A DNA stretch of 64,000 bases from Lytechinus pictus (lineage: Eukaryota): assembly GCF_037042905.1 (NCBI RefSeq), contig NC_087251.1, positions 27,716,001 through 27,780,000 on the forward strand, in the 5' to 3' direction. Within the stretch, counting starts at the first letter, position 1. Every line of letters begins with the position of its first letter. The notes below the pieces were generated by a model. The model ran no database searches. It worked only from the letters and a program-made list of their open reading frames with translations, and was not told the origin of the DNA. A program made the position numbers and the translations under genes. Positions 25,101-37,100 of the stretch are shown here, piece after piece.

Positions 25101-28100
25101 GAGGAGCTCAAAATGCTTTTCAACTAGCTGGAAAATGGTTCAGATTAAATCTCAGGCCTTTGATTTACAACAAGTTAATGAATTTGATTGCCCCGTAGAT
25201 GGATTCATTACGGAAGGACCTTGCTCGTTCTGATGAAGACAGACACCATCTCAAGAGCCAGCTGACCCAAATGAGGAACTCATTCCATGAGGACGACTTT
25301 GCTGTGCCAAGGAGAGAGAGGCAACAGAGTATTCACGAAGGTAATGAGATAATGGCAGTAGTTTGTATTAAAATGAAATGAAAGAAGCATGGAATGTACA
25401 GGAATGTCCATGTATCCTTCAGATAAATAAAGGCTATAACTAAATTTGTCATATATTGAAATAAGACTATGGTTTTTGACGGTGCTCTTAATTCATTTCC
25501 CAAAATTCATGGCGTTTATTTGATTTAACTTAACCTTAGCATTTGAAGCATGAATTGCACTTTTCTTTATGTTTTTTGATAGTTACTTGTTATACTGGCT
25601 TGGGTTTATAGAACAAAGCAAGAGAGAGGATGTTTGAAATGTGTGATAGAAAGAGATAGAGGGAGAGGCACAAACTGAAAGAGAAACATAGAAAATGGAA
25701 GAGAGGAGGGATGGAAGAAAGACTAAGAAATACAGAGAGACTGCAGTGGAGAAATGGAAAGATGCATCTAGACTGAAACCAAAGAAAGAGATGGAGGTAG
25801 AGAGAATGCACAATTTTCTGATCATTTCTTCTCATTTCATTGTACCTACTTTCAGATGGAGATGATATTAGAGAAAGGAGTAAATTGGAGAGGGAGATTC
25901 ATAGTTTAAGAGCCCAGCTGAGTCAGGCCAGTAGTCTAAAGGAGTATGATGAACAGAGGAAAGAGCTGGACAGAAGTAGAAGACAGAATGAACAGCTATC
26001 TGAACATATTGATGTAAGTACTTCTACCTATTCAAATGCATTGTTAGGGTAACTTTCACCTTTTTATAAGTTTGTTTTAATAAAAGCAGAAACACATACC
26101 AAATTTAAACAAAGATTTTAGCAAAGAATAACCAAGTTATATACTTCATATTATTCAATGTGTTGATCTGCGGATTGTTTCATAAAGAGTTACAACTGTT
26201 GTAACTTTGCCATTATGGCAATTACCATTGAAACAGGGCTCAGCAGCCAATCAAAATCAAGGTTGCCATGGTAGTTGCCATAATGCCAAAGTTACAACAG
26301 TTGTAACTCTTTATGAAACGGGCCTCTGGTCATGTAACACACATGATTTGCAATCACACACAAATCGGCATGGCTCTAAGTCTCAATGCTCAAGGTGTTC
26401 AAGAAATATGATATCAGAATTGTTTGAATATGAAACCAATAATCTGTGTTCCAAGGCTTAGAACATCATAATAAACGTGATTAAACCTACCACATTGGCT
26501 AAAGTTTTGAAACAAGTGCTCTAGTCGTGACATGATTGCAGATGCCTTTATGAATATTATTCTTTTGAGTCCAGCCCATTTTTTTTATTTTCTTTCTTTG
26601 ATTTTTAGACGCTCAACCAAGAACTAGATGGGAAGGATAGGAAGCAAGGAAAATTGCTAGCCCAGTTGAAGGATGCCACAGATAGTCTAGCAGAGAGTGA
26701 GCACCAACGCCAACAGGCCCTGGACCAGCTACAAGATCTAGAGGAGAGGCTGAGACTGAAAAGCAGTGAGAGCGAGGCTAGCATCAAGAGGGCCAGAGAG
26801 AGCGAGAGATTGCTGACAGAGAACCAAGGAAAGACGGAAGACAGGCAGAGGAAACTACTTGATATGGTGAAACAGTGAGTGATTAATAGCTTGATGGAAG
26901 GTTGGTGGAGGATGGCAGGGCCCTGTCTTACAAAGAGTTATGATTGATCCAATCAATTGTAACTCTATGGAAATCCATTAATGTCATATTTTTTTCTACA
27001 GGATATTTGCAAAATGTCTTTTGTTAACAAAGAAGAAGAACACACCAAATTGTCAAGAAATCAATTAATTTATGAATATACATACATATCTATAATTTTT
27101 TGTGTATGTTGACTTTGCTGGCTTTCCATGATTGCGATTGATCAGATCAATCGCAACTCTTTGTAAGATGGGGCCCTGGTATGTGACAGAAGATAGAAAG
27201 AGTGGGAGAGAGATTGAAGGAGAGAGTGATGGATAGTCATGATAACTTGAAAAGTGTGAGGGTACAAATTTGGAGAGGTGGAAGGAGAGAGAGGAAAAGA
27301 GGACCAAGGAGGGTGACTTCTTGCTTTTAGAGAACCAAGAAAAGATGAAAGGATAAGCACATATGACCTTTTAAAGACATGTTGAAGGAGGTCTCTTTAA
27401 ACTGGATTTAAAGAGCAAACACTATGACAAATCTGCTGTCAGCCAGCCTAGGTTCTGTAAGAAAAAGATGAAATCAATTATGATCAATTGCATTTAGTGC
27501 TTGCTACCAAATCTATTTTTTTTTTTTTTCTAATAGCCTGAAATCGAAATGCAGGAAGTTGGAGAGAGATCATGAATCCAGCAGGCTTAGCTCATCCCAA
27601 CACCAAGATAGAGCAGAGGAATTGCTCAAAGAAAATGAGACGCTGAATATGCACAAAACAAACATGACCCACCGGATGGAAAATCTACAAAGGGAAATTG
27701 CAGACATCTTGGTATGGTTAAGTCGATTTTTTTATCTCTATCATTGTTCTTCTTTTCTTGTTCTTTCTTTTTGATTTTTTTTCTAGTTTTTCTCCTTCAT
27801 TCTTTGTACTTTATCTTCTCATTCTCTTTCTTATTCTTTTTCCTTTCCTTCTTTTTCATAAATTGTACTTTTTGCTTGTTTTAATAGGACTTTAACTAAA
27901 ATATTTTGATATTAATTTTTTTGTAGGAAAAGTTAGCGAGGCAAGATGAACAGCTGAGGTTAAAGGACATTGAGGTGAATGAACTAAAGTCTTCCTGTAT
28001 GAAACTAGACCAAGAACTCAGGGACAATAGGAATCTAACAGACAGGGTCAGTATCATATATAGAAAAGTCCTATTGTAGAAAAAGTGAAAGCAATCATTA

Positions 28101-31100
28101 GTTAGTTTAAATATTTGTTTCATACCAGTTGGAAAGAATATTGCAATAAAAAGTTACACTGCAAAGGAAATTACTGTAGTGTTCAGACTTAATATTTTGT
28201 GTGTAATCCTTTACATGCAATTCTTTGTGGTTTTGCATATAAAATTACAATTAAGTGCTCTATAATTGATATTTTCCATTCACTATGAGACAGTTTACTT
28301 TGCAAGTAAGTCTCATGACCATATTGAAATAGAATTCATCTTCAAACATATTCACTTTTTATTCTAGTAACATAATACAATGTACATTATCATCTATATA
28401 GAGTGTTTTAGCATAGTTTGGTCTGTATCAAGTGCCTGTTCAATACCAGAGCGTATCCCTAAAAGGACCGAAATCTGACAAATATCCCGTAGGCTCCTGG
28501 ACAAAACTTGCCATTAAATTGCCATTTCTCCACTTCATAATAATAATATTAATTATCATCATCATCATCATGATTTTCATCATTTCCTTATTAATGTTTC
28601 CGTTTCAGTTGGAGGGAGAGTTACACGGAGAACAATCAAGACTAATGATGGTCAGTAATGAAAAGCTCAAAGTGGAACAGCAGCTTGATTCAGCTAAAGC
28701 CAAGTTACATGATGCTCAAGGGCAGAATCAGAGAATACAGGTGACCTTACAAGTGACCTTATTTGGTTTATTATGTTTATTGGTAGGAGAATCTATCAAG
28801 TTATATCCTCTCTGAATCTCAGTTCTCTCTACTGGTATACAGTGCGTCACAGAAAAAAAGAAACCAAGATTTCCATGTCTTTTTAATTCAAAGGCAAATG
28901 AATTGTGATATTTGATTTTCATAATATATAATTCAATTATTCCTCTTTATTTTGATATCTAATATGAGACGAACACTACACGCGTCAATGAGAAAGACGA
29001 GTTTGAAATTTTAATGTAAAAATCAGGTTGCGCAGAAAAATTGAACAAGATTGGTTCGTGATACGGCGACCGTGCATATTGGAGCGTTGGCTAATTAGCA
29101 TTTCTTTTGTATTCTTTGTGAAGCTTCTTTCACTGATCCCTGAAATGAGAGTGGATTCAGATTCACTCGTGTGTTTCTGCTATGCCTCAGTCGTTTCTGA
29201 TATGCCTCAGTATTTATTGTTTGTAATCTGCTATGCGTGAACGATTTGCTAAGCTGTTGGTTTTAAATGAGAAGATAAGTTTGCACTCTGCTATGAGTAT
29301 CAAATTTATAGTAAAAAAAAATGTGAAATCTATCTCTGAAAACTGGTTTTCTTTTTTGTGGGACGCACTTAAAAAAAAAAAAGATTGAAATCACTAACCA
29401 TGTCATAGGGGAGACTCCCATTAGATAAGATTTTATGTGAGATTAATGAGCCAAGCCATGCATATTATTTTTATTCGGTCCAAGGTCGAACAGCTGGAGA
29501 AAATTATGAATAGAAATCTGAAATTGCTTTGAAATATTTCTGCAACATTTTGGCAGGGTACACCTATCATCATTAGGCAGTAGAATGAGTCTGCGCTGTG
29601 TTTTGGAGATGATTTTAAGGCCTGTACGGGAAAAAATATGAAGACTTCTGGTTGTCACATGATCTCTGTTCATTAGGTACTTGGGTAGACAATACATTTT
29701 ACATTGCTTGACAACTTGTCCTACGTATAGAAAAGATATCTTTCACAGAAAATTCAAAATTTATTCATAATTTCTTCTGCGATTATGGGCCAGCCACCTT
29801 TTTCCACTCTCCCAAACTTTTTTTTCTTTTTTGATAAAGTGGTTTTTGTCACCCCAATAGCAATATCTCCCTCGCTTTTCAATTTCAGAGAGAATTGCGT
29901 GACATCACCAAGCAGAATGCTGAACTAACCTCTCAGGTATCTGACCTGAACACTCGGAAGAAGGAAGTAGAAAGACAGCTTGCCGTTGCTGAAGATGAGA
30001 AACAAAACATCAAGCAGGACCTCAAAAAGTTGGATAAAAAGTTTCAAGAGGTATGGAATCAAGACTCAATATTATGCAATCGTTATTTCCACATTTGCAG
30101 TTGCAATGATATAAAAATTAACATTAAGCACTCACTTCAAACTAGAAAAAATGTTGTGTATATTATTATATTTTCGATTTTTTTATACAAGAGGAAAAAT
30201 TAAATAATTAATTTCATTTCAATTCACAATCGATCTAGTAGTTTTCAGGTTATACAATTAAGAAATGCAAAATCTTAAAAGTACAGGTGATTGCCTATTG
30301 CATAGAACAGTCCCAACTACGGTACTATAGGCCTATCCATTTTAGCAAATTTCATACACAGGTTATTGTTGACACAAATATACCCCTCTAGATCAAAATA
30401 CTTCTTGACCTTTTAATTCTCCATTGTTTTTGTTTGGAAGTTATATTACAATTTAGTTACTGATTTGGGTATTTTTCATCAAATTATTTCAATAAGCAAA
30501 ATCAGATCCGCACAGGCTTTGGATTATATTTTTCATGTGCAGAATACATGTAAGTTACTATTGATTGCAGATTCGGGTGCAACAAAGTAAGTGAATCACT
30601 GTTGAGGTCAGCTTTACTGCACTATTGTTGTCAAGTGAGGATTTTTTTTTTATAATAATTTTGTGGGATTTGTGGGGTGTAGAGGAAGAAGAACTCCATG
30701 AATAATCATTTCACAGTTGATTTTAATGTGATATTCATACTCTGTTCTTCAAAAGAATAATGCTAGTGTTCAGGAGGAGAATCTTGACTGTTGGTTCTTT
30801 TAAGATGACATTTATAGGCATAAGAATATTACTGTATGTCATCCAATATGTTTTTTTTTTCAACATCATGAATGATTGCTGTTTGCTTTTAGCATGGAGT
30901 ATAAGATTTGAAACTGTGTGGTCAGAATACTGATATTTCTGTTTCAGATAGCTCCAGTCTTGAATCTGTGTTCATTTTATTTCTAGATGTGTATTTAGTG
31001 ATGTGTACAAGTGATCCATGCAGTTCCATTGATGTGTTTCACCTTAAAGAGTCTTTTGTGAATACATTTGCAATATATGTTTGAATTGGGAAATGATATT

Positions 31101-34100
31101 GTCGAAAGAACTTTATGTGAGGAGCATGTTGTGTTCAGTTTTTGTAGACCATAGTATTGTAACAAATTTTTTGTTGTTGAAATTTTTACTTGATTTAGCA
31201 TCCGTTTAGCTGACAATTAGCAGTAGATTTTCTGTGTTGGGTGTAAAATTATTTACTTATACATGTAATACTCCTGATGATCATTCCATTTATCTAGGAA
31301 AATGAATTCTAACTCTTTTCCGCCAAGCTGCATATTTTTGCCTTATCTCACTGGGCACTGTTTCACGTTGTCATCAATTATGGTTACCTTGGTAGCATTG
31401 CTTCTCTACCAATCAAAACCAATGGTTTCACTTTTCTTTTGCAGCAAGCTTTTATGAAACATTACCTTAATCAAATTGAGGGGTTGTATTTGTTTGAGAA
31501 ATTATGGAACATTTTAATGAAAATGATTTGCCCAATGTCCTTTTATCATAGGTCCAAGATTTCAATGCAGCCCTGACAGAGAAGCTACACACTGAAATGG
31601 AAACATCAAAGGTAATATAATGCTGTTTTTTGTTTTTAAGAAAATGAAAAATTACACAAAGCCATGCATTTACACCATAATTTGATCTAGGATTTAGGTA
31701 AATTGATTTGCTGAATGGCTCTTATCATATTATTGCTGTCTTTGCTGCTTACTTATTTATTTCCTCCTTCACTATTTGATTATTATACATATAAAGTTTC
31801 CTTGTTTTGTTGATTATACAGTGCGTATCAAAAAAAAGTTTACACCTTGAAAAAGCCCTGGGAATTAAAAAATATACATGTGGGTAATTTTTTCACATAT
31901 AATCTTGGGTTTGGGTCTCATCTATCCAATGAAAGTAAAAGTTTTGACAGAATGTTACACTTGAGTGAGCACTGTCCATTTTTGTAAAGCTCGCAGAAAT
32001 CTGTTTGCGCAGAAATGCTCGTTTTCACGCTGTGTCAAGGGGAAATCAAACTTACCCTGTGAAACATTTCTCATACATTTCCCTTGCACTTTTAGTCAAT
32101 TGAAATAAAACGGATACATTCAAGCATTTTGTAACAATTTGCCACCCAAATTGAAATGTCAACACTTAGAAAGCACAACTTTTACCCTTTTTTGTGCCAG
32201 CTGGATCTGGAGACATAACTGAATCTGAACAAAAGTTAATATCTGACATCTCCAGCATTTTTTCACTGAGTTTTTATCATTTAAAGTGGGTTTACATTTC
32301 ATTTTTCATTTAATACTTGTTTCTCCACACATTTCCCAAGCTTGACAATGATTAACAAAATGAAAGTCAAGCCTAAGCCATTTCATGTAAATCTTAGCTC
32401 AGTGTAAAGTAAATATCGTCACGATGGCCTCGGTGTGTGGGGGAGTGGGGTGGGGCGCAATGCACTCTTCGAAGTGTTTTGGGCAAGGAAACAAGTTAAA
32501 AAAGGTAAAAGATATCTTCAAATCAATTTTACTAGCTAAATTCCACGTGTTCGTCATGATTAAGGTCTACTTTTATTCGCCTAACTATTTCAAAGTTCTG
32601 CGCAAATCATTTTTCACTAACTTTTCAAAAGTAAGTGGTGCTCACTCAAGCGGAAATATTTTTCGACAGTTATATCGTCATTTGCTTAAATGGATCTGTA
32701 CCAATGTTAAAATGTGGACAAATCTTCAGGATATTACAAATAAATGATTTTACAGGATTTTTTTCTAATGTAAACTTTTTTTTGATACGCACTGTATATG
32801 AAGATTTATCTAACAAAACTTATTGTAAATGTTTGTTGGAAATGGAAAATAAATGAGATGAAATGTTTGTAACACATTACTTTCTGGTAATATTTTATTT
32901 GCATTTGGATACGGTATTGCTTTGTATCATGTGGAAAACTGAGTTCTTGATATAGATAATCAATGATTATTCTCATATAATTTCTTTCTTTATCCGCTTC
33001 CTTAGATTTTTTCTATAATCCATGAAATCATTCTTATTCCAAGGATTCTGTGTTCAAGAAAATAATGAATTTTAGATGACGCTAACTCCTGATTGTTTTC
33101 ATTCATACAACTTGATACAAAAGGGAAATCCATAAAAAACACCAAATGTTTTTTTGGGGGGGTAAGTTTTAGTATAAGATTTATATATGTAAATTTAATA
33201 TTTGACAGGTTAATGAAGGGAAGGTGGTTCATGATCTGATGCGGAAAATGAAGTGTGAAAAAGCCGAGTCAGAAGCAGCGATCCAGGCTCTCAAGGTAAG
33301 CTTATTGCTACTTTTCTTTTAGATTACACCAAAATAACTTTTATTTTTCATAATAATGAGAAATTGCAACATTTATAAGTTTTGCTTAATCCCTTCAATG
33401 TGTTATCCATGTTACAGATCATTATTGCATAATATGAATGTTAATGTCCTATACCTGCTATGGTGTGGAAGATATGAAATAGAAATATGTTTTAGTGGAT
33501 ATATATTTCTCATATTTGGGATAGGTTGACTATTTCATGATCTATGTCTTTTATGTGTATTCTGATATTCAGAGAGAGAGATTTCTAGATATGAAACAAA
33601 ATAAAATTAGAATTTTCACGAGGAATGAATAGCTGAAAAAAATTCCATGGTCACTTTTGTAAGATGGGATATTTTTATGATAATTTAGTATCGTTAACAT
33701 TATTGACCCAAAGCTTTAGATGGGCCTAAATACAAATATTTCTTAATAATGATACACATTATCTTTTTGGTTATAGCTTAGCAGTTATATAAAGTGCACA
33801 GCTGTTCAAGGAATAACTTCCTACTGGGTACCTATTTAGCTCACTTGGATGAAAAAAGTATCAAATGTAGAGTTGTGATTTATGTTTTCAATAGATTGAA
33901 TCAGCGGAGGCAAGATCATTGACAAAGTCCCTCCGTCGTCAGGTGGAGAGAGGAGTCAGTGAGATGGAGAAGATGCGGGGAGAGATTCATCACCTTGACG
34001 ATGAGAACCTCAAACTGAGGAGAAACTTTGACAGGATCAGAGCTGGGTTTGAGGAGCAAGCCCAGCTGGTGGAGGTTGGGGATAACAGGTTGGTAGAATA

Positions 34101-37100
34101 TCCTTGGAATGTTAGGAATGTCAACTCTATTAATTAAATGCTTCATCTTAAAGACCGCTAAATTTGTAGATTAATTAAATTTATATTGCTTTCATTTTTA
34201 TCTTCTATATTTTCATGTTTTGTTAATCTAATTTTACTCTTTTGATTCAAGTTCGGTCATATTTTTGGTGGACTTCCACTTTGAAGAATAGGATGTGATA
34301 GAGGTTGTTGCAAGAAAGTAAATGACCAGTAATTGAGAGATCAATTTTAACTTGTGCTTTACTTTTCATTAGGCAGCCCTGCAAGTAATGATAATTGCAA
34401 AGATGCAAGTGATTGCTAGACTTGAAATCAATATATTAATTCTATCTTATACTTCATGTTGCAAGAAGCAAACCTAATAAGTAATTGTAATGTATGTATT
34501 GGACATACATTTCATTTGCAATCCCCTATAAATTCATATCAACTCCCCCTTAATTTTCATGTTGTTGACCTGTGTACAGATCATCGGCGTTAGAGAAGCA
34601 TTTACAGAGAGCAGAGCTAGCCATCCAGAGCCTCCGAACTGACCGTGAGAATGATATCAGGGGTGTGGTCAGGGAGGTAGACATCCTGGTTGGTTTGGTC
34701 TCGGCGAATGGTGATGATGATGATGATGACGATGATGACCGTGCGCCCTTACCGTTCTCAAGATCCCATGGCTCTCCAGATGCCCTGCTTGCTGATCTCA
34801 AGGTAACAGATAGGGCTGGGTGGGGGAAGTCTACAAGCACAGACTTAAATTTGACACTTTAACCAATTGTACCATGTCTAGAGTGAAGACTAGACTCCAA
34901 ACTATCTCTCTTTGTCGAATAAGAGGCAGCCACTGTGCACAGTGATTCTAGTCTCACTACTTCTGAATCTGCATCATGCACTATACACATTGCACTGAAA
35001 CCAAAGGTCTGCCTGCAGACTAGGGTGGGGGAGTCACATGAGTACTGTTAAAGGGGAATCCAGCCTTGGCCATAAAATGTTTTGTTGGGAAGGAGAAAAA
35101 TAAATTAAACAGATTGGTGAAAGTTTGAAAGAAATCGGACAAGCAATAAGAAAGTTATAGCTGCTTTAAAATTGAGATCACTAATAGTATATACATTTCA
35201 AATTGGCAACTGGGTAAGTAAATTATGACAAGGGGCAAGGACAACTTTCCCATAGGCCATGTACTTTATTATTAGGGATTTGTGGTTTTCTCTTAAGTAC
35301 CCATTCCCCTGGGGCAGTAATCTAAATATAACCCAGGTAGTATATTGTTTAATGTCCTCATGAAAGAAAAATATAATTTGAAGTAAAACTTTTGGAAAAA
35401 CGACATTTTAGCCATATATGAATTGGAGTACGTGGAAGAGTAGTCCTTGCCTTACATCACTATGACATCCCACATGCGGCCAATTTGAAGTCTCCATGAG
35501 TATAGTGATTACCAATATTTACAACTTTTAAAAATTCATAACTTTCTTGGTGTTTGTCCAATATTGTTCAAACTTTCACTTATCAACTTGTCTGATTTTT
35601 CTTTTTGTTATAAAAACAAGTTTTTATTTGGGTTGGATTCCCCTTTAAAGATTTTCATCGTCTGAAAGGCACTCAAACAAGGAATAAACTATAGAGTAAT
35701 TTTATGTCCTCTATATACTTTGCATTTTGGATTTTTGGACCCTAAACAGGGATTCTAAGCCTGGCTTGGAATTTTATTTATGGATTCTTTTTCCTACTGA
35801 TTCAGGTAAAAGATGATAATATTTCATACACTACTTTGTGCGAGATATGTTCTACATGCAGAATGAAAGCCGAAGCAGATTCAAATCGCAGGCTCCGCCG
35901 ATATCACTTCTAGTTGGAACCTATCTGGACCTTTCTCAATGAAGGTGGCCTATTGCGCCCTAGACTTGTTTCTGTCTGTACAACTTCAGAACCTTCACAA
36001 ACGTGTGACTATTACTTTGTATTGTACTGATAGAGCTGTTGAAATTTATTTGAATAATCGCATCACAGAGATTTTACAGAGTGAAATCGGCTGAATCAAA
36101 GAAGCTAACAGTCTAGAAATAGCACCACCAGGCCATTCCCAGATAGGCTTATAATGTAGCAGCAAGGTTTTGATCAGAAAGCACCATATATTTACATTTA
36201 CTGATTGATATCAGCAACACACACATGAAAATGGTAATTCCATCCCTCTAGCTCCCCCATTCTTTTTCCAATGCAGAGAACTGGGCGAAAACTCCAAAGG
36301 AATTAATACCTATTTATAAAAATGTTAGATATGTCCTGATCAGTACAATTCATACAACTTGCACAGTGTTATGGTTCATTGTGGTGATGCTTTTTCTCTG
36401 TATGTCTTCCTTCACAGAGCAAGCTGCACTGGCTACAGCAGGAAGTACGTAAACAGGCTGACCGTCGCAAGCGACTTAAAACGAACCTCAATCGTAGCCG
36501 GTCAGAGCTGACCGACCTCCAGAGAGATTACCTGTCTGATAAGTATGTTTATGAGACACAGTTAGGCAGAACAGGGGACATGATACGAGATCTGCAATAT
36601 GAGAAGCAAGGTAAAGAAAATAAAAGATATTGCTCGTTAGAAATAATAGTGTGCTGTTATATACAGCAAATACTGTTTTGATTGCACATAATTAACATTT
36701 TAGGACACTGACTTTGTATCAATATCTAGCTATCATTTATCCAGACTCCTCTATTGATCATCAATGTCTTTTCTTGTTCAATTCATCATTTGAATTTATC
36801 TAGAAGCCTAATCATTAGATTTTATTGTCATCTCGGACAAACAGAGAAGGATTTTTTTATAATTCGCTGTTATGCATTCCGCTGAGAGAAATGTATTATA
36901 AATTTATGCATCCCTTTGACTAATACATTAGTGGAAGTTGTGCTTGTATGGCTAGGACAGCAAGACTTATATTTGTTTAATTATACTTTTTTTTTTCAGA
37001 TTTGCAATTACAGAACCTTGAAAGAGTCCATACAGTGAGATCATTGGAGAAGCAAGTAGATAACATGGAAGAGCATATCAGAGAGGTGAGGTAGAACTTG

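Noticed and set aside
26254..26280. X-box-like GTTGCCATGGTAG in an intron
   Set aside because: Lies inside a palindromic MITE, so it is not independent evidence of regulation.
30543..30586. CEP128 micro-exons (7 nt at 30543 and 16 nt at 30571, both AG..GTAAGT)
   Set aside because: Neither alone nor together do they preserve frame between phase-0 neighbours, and there is no homology support.
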